The notes beneath the pieces were generated by a model, which had not been told where the DNA came from, did not search any database, and saw nothing but the letters and a program-made list of their open reading frames with translations. Of a stretch of DNA of 64,000 bases, positions 37,044 through 44,962 are shown piece after piece. The stretch's first letter is position 1. Each line of letters opens with the position of its first letter. Source of the stretch: Candidatus Rariloculaceae bacterium (GTDB taxonomy: Bacteria > Pseudomonadota > Gammaproteobacteria > Steroidobacterales > Rariloculaceae); the NCBI GenBank assembly GCA_965204155.1, contig OZ241971.1, forward strand, positions 2,304,100-2,368,099, given 5' to 3'. The translations under genes and the position numbers were made by a program.

Positions 37044-37487
37044 TCAGCCGCCCGGCGGGCCTGAGGAGAAGTACCAGAACAGCGTCGCGAGCAGTCCCGT
37101 CTGGGTGACCCACCCGGTCAACATCCATCTGGCCAAGCCGACCCTGGCCTTCTCGATCTTGACTTCCAGGTCGGACCTGACCTGCTCGATCTTCAATTCA
37201 AGCTCCAACTTGACTTCCCGGACATCGGACTTGACTTCCCGCAACTCGGCCTGGACCGCGCGGACATCGGCCTGGACTGTGCGAACAGCGGCCTGGACTT
37301 CGCGGACATCGGAATCGGTAGCCAGGATTTCGGACTTGACTGCCAGAACATCGTCCTTGGTGGCCAGGTTGGAGTTGAGCAGATTAACCTGCTCGTCCGC
37401 CAGGGCCTCGGCCTGCGTTTCGGTGAAGCCGCTGGCCGTGAGGTTCTTGACGAACCGGTGGGTGTCGAATGCGATTGCCTCGGACAT
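37044..37487 (-). CDS. DUF1640-family coiled-coil protein with C-terminal TM anchor
   Basis: MSEAIAFDTHRFVKNLTASGFTETQAEALA N-terminus, coiled-coil repeats (DVREVQAAVRTVQADVRAVQAELREVKSDVREVK), TM WMLTGWVTQTGLLATLFWYF. Confidence 0.75.
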   Translation of the reverse strand: MSEAIAFDTHRFVKNLTASGFTETQAEALADEQVNLLNSNLATKDDVLAVKSEILATDSDVREVQAAVRTVQADVRAVQAELREVKSDVREVKLELELKIEQVRSDLEVKIEKARVGLARWMLTGWVTQTGLLATLFWYFSSGPPGG

Positions 37488-37620
37488 GACGCCATCCTAA
37501 CCCCGCCCCGGACCGTCCACAATGCCGCGAATCCGGGCGATTTGGCCAGAAAGTCAGCAAAAACCTTCCTGTTCCGGCATTGCGTTCCCCGAAATGAGCA
37601 GCGGTTATACTTGACCCATG
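37488..37620 (-). repeat. Portable ~133-nt bidirectional promoter/5-prime-UTR module, copy a (full length)
   Basis: Near-identical to 39038-39170. Partial copies at 38644-38663 and 48518-48584. Bounded by ATG codons on both strands. Confidence 0.6.
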
Positions 37621-37675
37621 GCCCGGGTACCGCATTCCCGGCGGAGCACTTGAGACGTTGTATCGGCGAGGAGCC

Positions 37676-37915
37676 TCAACCCGCCTTACCGCCCATGACG
37701 TAGACTTGTTTGTCACGGGTACACTCTGCCGCAAAGGCGTACATCGCCTGCAATGCCTCCCGCCGAAGCTGGGGGTAATTCTCAAGAAGCCGTTCTTCGG
37801 TCCATCCTTCCGCCAACAACCCAAGCAGCAAATCCACGGAGAGTCGCGTCCCGCGGATTACGGGCTTGCCGACCAGTACGGACGGGTCGCTACGGATGTA
37901 ATCATGCCAATTCAA
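37676..37915 (-). CDS. DUF433-domain protein (antitoxin-like)
   Basis: DPSVLVGKPVIRGTRLSVDLLLGLLAEGWTEERLLENYPQLRREAL. A TTG start at 37915 is assumed. The longer ORF-track N-terminus runs through a repeated junction sequence. Confidence 0.5.
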   Translation of the reverse strand: MNWHDYIRSDPSVLVGKPVIRGTRLSVDLLLGLLAEGWTEERLLENYPQLRREALQAMYAFAAECTRDKQVYVMGGKAG

Positions 37916-38040
37916 CGGATCGCCTTCGACGCGAGAATAGCGGTGCAAGCCTATAGCTGGCCATCTCGACGGGCCGATGCGAGCTGCGAACGCTGCAAGT
38001 ACTATAGTGGCAGGCAGACCCAATTGGAACGGAAAGCGCC

Positions 38041-38370
38041 ATGACCGACCCGCTCATCGAGAGAAACCCGGAAATTCTTGGCGGCACCCCGGTGTTTGCC
38101 GGAACGCGGGTGCCTGTGCGCATTCTGATGGAGCACCTTGAAGCGGGTAACCGGCTCGACGAATTTCTCGACGACTTTCCCACCGTGACACGCGAGCAGG
38201 CTATGTCATTGCTGGAACACGCGGAGGAGGCCATCCGCGATCACGACACCGCTGTGTTCGAGCGGCAGGATGCGGAGGCCTTTCTCGACGCCATCGAGAA
38301 TCCGCCCGCGCCGAACGAACGGCTGCGGGCAGCGCTGGAGGAACACACCCGGCGCGTCGATTCCGGCTAA
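38041..38370 (+). CDS. Chimeric small protein: DUF433 domain fused to the C-terminal tail of a DUF1778/RHH-type antitoxin
   Basis: NPEILGGTPVFAGTRVPVRILMEHLEAGNRLDEFLDDFPTVTREQA, followed by FERQDAEAFLDAIENPPAPNERLRAALEEH. May be a decayed fusion. Confidence 0.45.
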   Translation: MTDPLIERNPEILGGTPVFAGTRVPVRILMEHLEAGNRLDEFLDDFPTVTREQAMSLLEHAEEAIRDHDTAVFERQDAEAFLDAIENPPAPNERLRAALEEHTRRVDSG

Positions 38371-38409
38371 TCGAGCGGCTCAGGTCCGGTCAGCGCCATA
38401 TCTCGGTGC

Positions 38410-38643
38410 TCAGGCCTCCCAGGGCGGGGAGACGGTCAGTGTCTTGCGCAGGTTGTCGCCGGGCTCGACCGGCGAATCGAGCATGGCCTTGAACGCATTG
38501 AATCTCGTCTCGTCCACGTTGAACAGGCGCTGATCGAGGAGCACGTACTCGGCCGCCAACGCCTCGGCCTGCGCCTCGGTGAAGCCGCTGGCCGTGAGGT
38601 TCTTGACCAACCGGTGGGTGTCGAATGTGATTGCCTCGGACAT
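38410..38643 (-). pseudogene. Chimera: first ~30 codons of DUF1640 fused to the last ~45 codons of a tacA (DUF1778) antitoxin
   Basis: MSEAITFDTHRLVKNLTASGFTEAQAEALAAE matches CDS 37044-37487. VLLDQRLFNVDETRFNAFKAMLDSPVEPGDNLRKTLTVSPPWEA matches tacA at 49365-49643. The first 9 codons of tacT (MALTGPEPL) follow at about 38374-38400. Confidence 0.55.
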
Positions 38644-38652
38644 GGCGCCATC

Positions 38653-38919
38653 CTAACCCCGCCAGGGATAAGCCCTGGCGTAGACGACGGCCAGCTCGAC
38701 CTGCGTCTCGGAGAGTCGCGGGTAAGCGTCAAGGATTGCTTCGGCGCTGTCGCCGTTGGCGAGCATGGCGGCAATGTCGTGGACCGGGATGCGGGTTCCC
38801 TTGATGCAGGGGACTCCCGATAGAACGCCCTGGTCGCACACGACCGCATCGCGCGCTCTCTCCAATTCAGAAAGTCCCTCGCTCACCTCACCCTCGATGG
38901 TCCGCAAGTCCACCGACAC
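38653..38919 (-). CDS. DUF433-domain protein, probably 5-prime-truncated relative of the MerR-like/DUF433 protein at 44045-44629
   Basis: GVLSGVPCIKGTRIPVHDIAAMLANGDSAEAILDAYPRLSETQVELAVVYARAYPWRG. A GTG start at 38919 is assumed. Confidence 0.45.
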   Translation of the reverse strand: MSVDLRTIEGEVSEGLSELERARDAVVCDQGVLSGVPCIKGTRIPVHDIAAMLANGDSAEAILDAYPRLSETQVELAVVYARAYPWRG

Positions 38920-39037
38920 GTCGCCCGCGCGGGAGTGCTCGAGACGATAGCGCACGATCCGCCTGCGTTTCGGTGAAATCGCTGGCCATGAGGTTCTTGA
39001 CGAACCGGTGAGTGTTGAATGCGATTGCCTCGAACAT
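38888..39037 (-). pseudogene. DUF1640 N-terminal fragment (about 26 codons) running out of frame into the DUF433 gene
   Basis: MFEAIAFNTHRFVKNLMASDFTETQA, then unrelated sequence and a stop. Preceded by promoter-module copy c. Confidence 0.45.
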
Positions 39038-39170
39038 GACGCCATCCTAACCCCGCCCCGGACCGTCCACAATGCCCCGAATCCAGGCGATTTGGCCAGA
39101 AAGTCAGCAAATGCCTTCCTGTTCCGGCCTTGCGTTCCCGGAAATGAGCAGCGGTTATACTTGACCCATG
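39038..39170 (-). repeat. Portable bidirectional promoter/5-prime-UTR module, copy c (full length)
   Basis: Aligns with 37488-37620 along its whole length with a handful of substitutions. Its distal ATG (39168) starts the plus-strand antitoxin-like ORF. Confidence 0.6.
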
Positions 39171-39380
39171 AAAGCGGTCCCGAAGGTTGATCTGACTGAC
39201 CCGTCCGTGGAGCCCACGGACGAGGAGCTGCACGCGCTGATGCTCGCCGTGCAGCAAAGCGTAATCGCGAGAAAGAAGGCGGCGCACGCCGCATTCCGCC
39301 GTCAGATGGACCGTGCGATTTACGGCCGCGACGGCGTCCCCCCGACCGCGTCCGACGACGTGCATGACACTGACCGCTGA
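39168..39380 (+). CDS. Small antitoxin-like protein upstream of a zeta/AAA-type toxin fragment
   Basis: 70-aa ORF whose stop overlaps the start of the P-loop fragment (ATG 39364). No recognisable family. Confidence 0.4.
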   Translation: MKAVPKVDLTDPSVEPTDEELHALMLAVQQSVIARKKAAHAAFRRQMDRAIYGRDGVPPTASDDVHDTDR

Positions 39381-39513
39381 CGCGCAACCCGTTCTCATCG
39401 TTGTAGCCGGCCCGAACGGCGACGGTAAAACCACCCTCACACGGGAGTTCCTTAATCACGAGTGGATCGAGGGCTGCGTCTACGTCAACCCGGACGAGAT
39501 CGCCGCAGCGTAG
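39364..39513 (+). pseudogene. Zeta-toxin/COG4185-like P-loop kinase, truncated after ~49 codons
   Basis: PVLIVVAGPNGDGKTTLTREFLNHEWIEGCVYVNPDEIA (Walker A), then a premature TAG where the sequence changes to repeat/leader DNA. Confidence 0.5.
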
Positions 39514-39668
39514 TTGAAACATTTTCTCGGCGAGCAGGAGCTGAAAACTCGTTCGCCGGATCAGCCGCCTGCCGCGCACAGTCCCGAAAACTTCGCTCGA
39601 TACGATTCAACGCAAGGACTGCTGCTGTTTTTTCGACGGGTTCCGATGAGTCCGTGCGTCCTGCCCTG

Positions 39669-40000
39669 ACACGCATTCCGGAATCAGTCGGGTCCCGGCC
39701 CGCGCAATCTTTCCGTCCGGCGCGCGCGGTACCCCGATTCCACCCGGAAACCCGATGATTGCTTGCTCCCGGCACTTCATGGCGCAGCCACGAAAGGCCT
39801 TTTTCGATAAAGATATCCGCAAGCAAAACGTAACCGGCAGTCGTCCGAAACCTTCCGATTCGAGCACCGAAACGCCGTTTGCGCCCCGGTGCCGCTCCCA
39901 ACCAATGGAGTCTTTTTCTCAGTTTTAACAAACAGTTAGTGGCGCTCCTCATTCGCCTCGTTGCCATATCCATAACCGCACATCATCCGGCGGTCTCCTG
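39669..40000 (+). promoter_or_regulatory. Conserved ~335-nt non-coding leader upstream of TAA2 (copy 1 of 3)
   Basis: Aligns by eye with 45312-45645 and 51710-52045 (acgcattccggaatcagtcgg...ccataaccgcacatcatccggcggtctcctgATG). No reading frame is conserved between copies. Confidence 0.65.
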
Positions 40001-42934
40001 ATGAATAGGGGAACGCTCATGGTTCTTAAACGATTGATACTAACGGCGCTGGGTGCGCTTGGATTGGGCGCGCTGGCGTCAGGATCTGTGTTTGCCCGGG
40101 AGGGCCAGATTCCAGCGCCCAGGATGCACGCGATGAAAAGGGGAACGCTCATGGTTCTTAAACGTTTACTGGTAACGGCGCTTAGCGCGTTGGGGTTGGG
40201 TGCGCTGGCGGCAGGAACAGCCGTTGCTCAAAATACGCTCGACGACGTCGGTACTCAGATTCCGGCGCCGAGGCTGTATGGCGACATCACGTCGTGCGCT
40301 GGCGGGACACTGCCCACCCCTTCGACCGCGCGACAGGCATCTCAGCGATATAAAGCACTTCTGGACAGGGCGTTCGATTCCGACACCGGTACCGATGGCA
40401 TCCAAATGGATTTCACGCAGAATGCCGCGCGGATTGGCACCAATACCGACGGCGCGCTCGCATCCGAGCGCACCGATATTTTGGCTTTGCTCGATGTCGC
40501 AGCTTGCACCGATCCGGTGGCCTCCAATGTCGCTAGAGCCGGCACCTTGTACGGCAACTACATCAGCGCCAGGAACGCGTATAACCGGTTGGAAGAGCCC
40601 GACGCGGACGATGCGGCGACACGCGATGCGGCGCGGATGAAAAAGGAAGACTTTGGCGGGGATGTCTATGACGCGGTCTACGACCAGCGGGCAAGGCTCA
40701 GTGCAGCCACCAGGGCCATCACGGACTACAACAACCTGGTTGGCGCATATGTAGCAGCCACTGAAACTGTCTCCGCAATGGGAGTGCTTGCAGGGCTGAA
40801 AGTGGGCGATGGCACAAATACGGGGTACGACGCTATCAACATCCGTGCCTCGACAACCCGCGTCACCGACTTTGATGCAAATCCCACTCCGGGCGAAGGC
40901 GAAACAGTTAACGGTCTCGTGAACGCCCAGGTGGCCCCGGTCTACGGCAGCGGCAATACAGCGGGATACCGGTCCATTGCCGGCCACGATGCAGCCGATA
41001 GCGCAACGGAAATCACCGAAACTTTGTTAAGGAACGTCGACGCTCCCGGCTCAAGGGCTGCATTCGATGCCGCTGGCACGCTGCAGCTGCATGAGAGTAA
41101 TACGGGCACGAATGCGTTCACCCGATCTTCCGCGAACATTGTCACGCTCGGCAATATCGCCAACGAGTTGTCCAGGTGGCAGACGGCGGTGAACACATTC
41201 CAAACGGCATACGATGACGCAGTAGAAGCGGGGAACCTCGATACGCGCACCGTGGAAGAAAACTTGAGGAGAGCGAAGCTCGGTCGCGACCACGTCCAGA
41301 GCGAACTTGATCGCCTGACGCGAGTCGTGCGGTCGCAGAACCTACCGATTGCAGAAGGCAGTCGACTCTCAATCGGCTTCGGCGACAACGCTGTGATGTA
41401 CGAAAGCGAACGCGTTCTGGTGGATGCATACTTGAGGGCCCGGGGCGATGTCTTGACAAAGGCAACAGCGGTCCGAACAGCCATCGCGAACCTGGACAAC
41501 GCCAACAAGGCTTTGCAGGGCAAACTGAGCGATGCAGACGCTTACCTTAACCAGTTGGTGACGTTGCGCCGATACGAACTGGCCGAAAGGCAAGCCGAGC
41601 AGGAAGAGGCTGGAGGGGACGACGCGCTGCAGTCCTTCAAAGATGCGGTGACGGATGCCAACAGTGCATTGACGAGGGCCCTCAACAATCAAATGACCCA
41701 CCGGGAACTGACCGGGAATGCGGACAGCACCGCGAAAAATCTTCTCGATGCGCTCCTGGAGCCCAAAATGAAGGCGGGCGAGCGTAATGCCGCGGACGAT
41801 GACGGTTCGGCGTTGCTGACAGCCATATCGGCCGTGGATTCCAAGATCGACACATTGGAAGGCCAGCTCACCGACGCGGACGGCAATCCGATCGATCTGT
41901 CGAATCTTGGCAATGCGGAGGAGATCACGGCGCTGTCGACCGATGTCTCCACGAACACGACGGACATCGAAGGACTCGACGGCCGGGTCACGGCGAACGA
42001 GGGAGACATCGACCAGATCGAGGGAGACATCGACCAGATCAACATGGATCTGTACGGGACGACCTCGTCGCAGCATGCCGATGCGTCGGCCTGCGCGGAA
42101 GGCGCCGGCGGCCTGGTGAACATCGCCAACTGCGCCGACGCGCGCAGCCGGCACAATGAGGAAGACATCGCCGACCTGGGTGGCGATATCGAGGCTCTCG
42201 ACGGTCGGGTGGGCGACAACGAGGATGACATCGCGGCCAACACCAAGGCAATCGAGTCCAACGACATGGACATCGCGGCCAACACCGCGGCGATCGAGTC
42301 CAATGACATGGACATCGCGGCCAACACCATGGCGATCGAGTCCAACGACATGGACATCGCGGCCAACACCATGGCGATCGAGTCCAACGACATAGACATC
42401 GCGGCCAACACCATGGCGATCGAGTCCAACGACATGGACATCGCGATGAACGCCGAAGGCATCATGACCAATGCCGGTAACATCATGGCCAATGCCGAAG
42501 CCATCGTGGCGGAAGCGTCGGAGAGAATGGGTGCCGACATGATGCTGGCCGGTGCGATCGAGGAGGCGGTGGCGGCCGGAGCCGCAGCCGACATGGCGCT
42601 GAGCGGACGGATCGGTTCGAACGCCGATGCCATCGCAGCCAACATGAACTCGATCGGTCAGAACGCGAGCGCGATCAGCGACAACCGCAACATGATCGGC
42701 GAGTTGAGCGACGACCTGGACGTGGTCCGGGCCGGTGTGGCGGCTTCCATGGCGCTGGCCGGCATGCCGGCGGTCAACGGCCGCGGCATCGCCATCGGTG
42801 TCGGCTCGTTTGACGGTGAGTCCGCCTTTGCGGTGGGCTTCCAGATCCAGGGCGAGCAGGCATCGTTCAAGGTTGGCGTGACGAGCAGCGGTGGGGCGAC
42901 CGGCGCCTCCGCAGGCGTGGGCTTCAACTTCTAG
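40001..42934 (+). CDS. Trimeric autotransporter adhesin-like protein TAA2 (head type B, stalk type 1, YadA-like anchor) with duplicated signal-peptide region
   Basis: Two consecutive signal peptides (MNRGTLMVLKRLILTALGALGLGALASGSVFA... and MKRGTLMVLKRLLVTALSALGLGALAAGTAVA from ATG 40133). The C-terminal ~330 aa are nearly identical to TAA1 and TAA3. Confidence 0.85.
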   Translation: MNRGTLMVLKRLILTALGALGLGALASGSVFAREGQIPAPRMHAMKRGTLMVLKRLLVTALSALGLGALAAGTAVAQNTLDDVGTQIPAPRLYGDITSCAGGTLPTPSTARQASQRYKALLDRAFDSDTGTDGIQMDFTQNAARIGTNTDGALASERTDILALLDVAACTDPVASNVARAGTLYGNYISARNAYNRLEEPDADDAATRDAARMKKEDFGGDVYDAVYDQRARLSAATRAITDYNNLVGAYVAATETVSAMGVLAGLKVGDGTNTGYDAINIRASTTRVTDFDANPTPGEGETVNGLVNAQVAPVYGSGNTAGYRSIAGHDAADSATEITETLLRNVDAPGSRAAFDAAGTLQLHESNTGTNAFTRSSANIVTLGNIANELSRWQTAVNTFQTAYDDAVEAGNLDTRTVEENLRRAKLGRDHVQSELDRLTRVVRSQNLPIAEGSRLSIGFGDNAVMYESERVLVDAYLRARGDVLTKATAVRTAIANLDNANKALQGKLSDADAYLNQLVTLRRYELAERQAEQEEAGGDDALQSFKDAVTDANSALTRALNNQMTHRELTGNADSTAKNLLDALLEPKMKAGERNAADDDGSALLTAISAVDSKIDTLEGQLTDADGNPIDLSNLGNAEEITALSTDVSTNTTDIEGLDGRVTANEGDIDQIEGDIDQINMDLYGTTSSQHADASACAEGAGGLVNIANCADARSRHNEEDIADLGGDIEALDGRVGDNEDDIAANTKAIESNDMDIAANTAAIESNDMDIAANTMAIESNDMDIAANTMAIESNDIDIAANTMAIESNDMDIAMNAEGIMTNAGNIMANAEAIVAEASERMGADMMLAGAIEEAVAAGAAADMALSGRIGSNADAIAANMNSIGQNASAISDNRNMIGELSDDLDVVRAGVAASMALAGMPAVNGRGIAIGVGSFDGESAFAVGFQIQGEQASFKVGVTSSGGATGASAGVGFNF
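42230..42442 (+). repeat. Five in-frame 42-nt tandem repeats (IAANTxAIESND[MI]D) in the TAA2 stalk
   Basis: Read directly. Confidence 0.85.
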
Positions 42935-42960
42935 CTCGACACCCGCAAGTCCCAAAACAG

Positions 42961-42997
42961 GCCGGCGGTCCGAGAAATCGGGCCGCCGGTTTCGTTT
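42961..42997 (+). terminator. Intrinsic terminator hairpin plus T-tract, copy 2 of 5
   Basis: gccggcggtcc-gagaaatc-gggccgccggt followed by ttcgttt. Confidence 0.6.
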
Positions 42998-43123
42998 GTG
43001 CCGACTTTCCCGATTTTGACGCGCTGGTTACTGGACAAGCTGGCCGGCGCCTCACCGTCACGCGGCCGGGAGCGTGGACCGCGCCGCGGGTCCAACAGCG
43101 ATGTCGATAGCCTGAATTTTCAG

Positions 43124-43315
43124 TTACGGTATTTTGGTTGGGATTCCTGCTTCCTTCAGGATGGCATTGGCGGTATACCGGCTGCGAATCCTGTCAGGAA
43201 CGGATACTGAAATATCCCCGTTGCTCCAGATGTCGTGGCTTCCTCTGGGTCGGCGTTCTATTTTAAATCCCGCGCCTTTCAGAAGTTTCTTTACGGGCCG
43301 TCCGTAGTCCGCCAC
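43124..43315 (-). CDS. hicA: HicA-family mRNA interferase toxin
   Basis: 63 aa; KKLLKGAGFKIERRPRGSHDIW...IPTKIP matches the HicA dsRBD-like fold signature (GSH). Confidence 0.8.
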   Translation of the reverse strand: MADYGRPVKKLLKGAGFKIERRPRGSHDIWSNGDISVSVPDRIRSRYTANAILKEAGIPTKIP

Positions 43316-43327
43316 CAGCCTGCCCTG

Positions 43328-43624
43328 CTAGGCTGCCTCAAGAAGCCCGCTCACGTCAGCGAAAAGCACTCTCGGGTGGGGTGCCCGTTGGCGGTGGGCT
43401 TGTCCGGATGCCTTCTTGAACTTCACATGAAGCTCGGCGTCGGCAACTTGCTGGTCTGTCAGGCCATGATTGCTCCGTAGCAGCCGTTCGCTAACCAACA
43501 ACAACTCGCTGCACATTTCCCTCAGATCGGTTGTTTCGAGAACAAGGCCGCGAATGTCGTCGCTTGTGGCGGTCATAACGCCATCTGATCCGACTCTTAC
43601 GTCTACGGCAAATTCAAAGCTCAT
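43328..43624 (-). CDS. hicB: HicB-like antitoxin (DUF1902-type N-terminal domain)
   Basis: Sits immediately upstream of hicA (12-nt gap). FAVDVRVGSDGVMTATSDDIRGLVLETTDLREMCSELLLVSERLL resembles the DUF1902/HicB N-domain. Confidence 0.6.
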   Translation of the reverse strand: MSFEFAVDVRVGSDGVMTATSDDIRGLVLETTDLREMCSELLLVSERLLRSNHGLTDQQVADAELHVKFKKASGQAHRQRAPHPRVLFADVSGLLEAA

Positions 43625-43756
43625 CTCTGTTTCCTTACTACTGAAAGGACCATTCCAGTGTCAAAAGTATATCAAGACTGACTATACAAACTTGTAGAGT
43701 GTTTGCCGATCCGCAAATCATCACTCTTGCGGCAGATTCTCCCTTGGGACCGGCAC

Positions 43757-43924
43757 GCAGCGGTCAACGGCTGCGGCATCGCCATCGGTGTTGGATCGTA
43801 CGACGATGAGTCCGCCTTCGCGGTGGGCTTCCAGATCCAGGGCGAGCAGGCCTCGTTCAAGGTTGGCATGACGAGCAGCGGTGGGGAGACCGGCGCCTCC
43901 GCGGGCGTGGGCTTCAACTTCTAG
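43757..43924 (+). pseudogene. Remnant of a fifth autotransporter gene: last ~55 codons of the YadA-like anchor
   Basis: AVNGCGIAIGVGSYDDESAFAVGFQIQGEQASFKVGMTSSGGETGASAGVGFNF plus the downstream spacer and terminator, with no passenger or signal peptide upstream. Confidence 0.8.
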
Positions 43925-43950
43925 CTCGACACTCGCAAGTCCCAAAACAA

Positions 43951-43985
43951 GCCGGCAGTCCGGGCAATCGGGCCGCCGGTTTCAT
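43951..43985 (+). terminator. Intrinsic terminator hairpin, copy 3 of 5 (after the anchor remnant)
   Basis: gccggcagtcc-gggcaatc-gggccgccggt followed by ttcat. Confidence 0.55.
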
Positions 43986-44044
43986 ATTGAAGGTTGCGCG
44001 CAGGGGATCGTCAAATTATATTCGCCCCCAGAGAGGAGAGAATT

Positions 44045-44629
44045 ATGCCCATTACGGCCGACTTGACGATTCGCGAAACCGCTGCGTTGTCAGGAGTGTC
44101 CCTGGCGATGATCGAAAAGGCCGTGGAAACGCGCATCCTTCGACCGGTTGGAGGGCCGCCGCGCTTGCGTGGCGGCTCCATGCGTTACCTTCCCGTGCGC
44201 GCCGTTGTTTATTTCCATGCCCTGAAAGCCGCCAACCTTACCGACCTTCCCTTACGCCACAAACGGTCGATTTGGAGTTGCATGACCCAGCTTGAACCCA
44301 TGAAGCTCAAGACCATTGAATTTACACCGGGCGCGATGCTCGACCTTGAGCGGCTTGCCGCCGAGTCGCTGCGTAAGGCCGAAAAGTACCGGGAGAACCG
44401 CGATCGGTACATCACTTCAAATCCGGATATCCTCGGGGGTACGCCCGTGATCGCCGGAACGAGAATTTCGGTGTATTCGGTTCTGGGACGGCTTCAGGAT
44501 GGCGAAACTGCTGACGACATTTCAATGGACTATCCCAAAATTTCCGAGCAAGCAATTGAAACCGCGGAACTCTATGCAAAAGCTCACCCGCTCCGCGGTC
44601 GCCCATCCGGCAGGCCCTGGCATAACTGA
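44045..44629 (+). CDS. MerR-like HTH / DUF433 two-domain protein (antitoxin-like)
   Basis: AGGAGA Shine-Dalgarno before ATG 44045. N-terminal LTIRETAALSGVSLAMIEKAVE HTH. C-terminal NPDILGGTPVIAGTRISVYSVLGRLQDGETADDISMDYPKISEQAIETAELYAKAHP. Confidence 0.65.
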   Translation: MPITADLTIRETAALSGVSLAMIEKAVETRILRPVGGPPRLRGGSMRYLPVRAVVYFHALKAANLTDLPLRHKRSIWSCMTQLEPMKLKTIEFTPGAMLDLERLAAESLRKAEKYRENRDRYITSNPDILGGTPVIAGTRISVYSVLGRLQDGETADDISMDYPKISEQAIETAELYAKAHPLRGRPSGRPWHN

Positions 44630-44655
44630 GTCTTGATCGAAGCGGAAACCGGGCC

Positions 44656-44799
44656 GTGCGCTTGTTTCTCGATGAGTGTCTATCGCCTAGAGTCGCGCAG
44701 GAGTTGAATGCCGAGGGCGTTCACGTTGTTTTGCATCCTCGCGACTTCGGTGGACTGGGCGCCCCCGATGACGATATCGCTGTCGGCAATGCGCAATGA
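44656..44799 (+). pseudogene. DUF5615 (PIN-like) toxin partner of DUF433, truncated after 47 codons
   Basis: VRLFLDECLSPRVAQELNAEGVHVVLHPRDFGGLGAPDDDI, then a premature TGA. GTG start 27 nt after the DUF433 gene. Confidence 0.45.
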
Positions 44800-44806
44800 G
44801 TAGCGG

Positions 44807-44962
44807 CTATATCCACGACGTGCATGACAATGTCGTCGCCCGCTCCAGCAACGCTATGGCCTGAGCGCGAGTGACCGAAGGGAAGTCGTCGAGAAACTCG
44901 TCAAGTCTGTCGCCAGCCTCAAGATATTCCATCATAAGCGGTGCAAGCCTATTGCTGGCCAT
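44807..44962 (-). pseudogene. DUF433 C-terminal fragment behind a portable 33-nt junction
   Basis: MASNRLAPLMMEYLEAGDRLDEFLDDFPSVTRAQAIALLE aligns with residues 29-60 of CDS 38041-38370. Overlaps the parD stop. Confidence 0.4.

Noticed and set aside
39485-39973. Minus-strand ORFs through the leader (MDMATRRMRSATNCLLKLRK..., also at 45253-45618 and 51241-51950) as a conserved small gene divergent from the TAAs.
   Set aside because: After the first ~20 codons, the three copies continue in different frames because of indels. Conservation is therefore at nucleotide level, not protein level.
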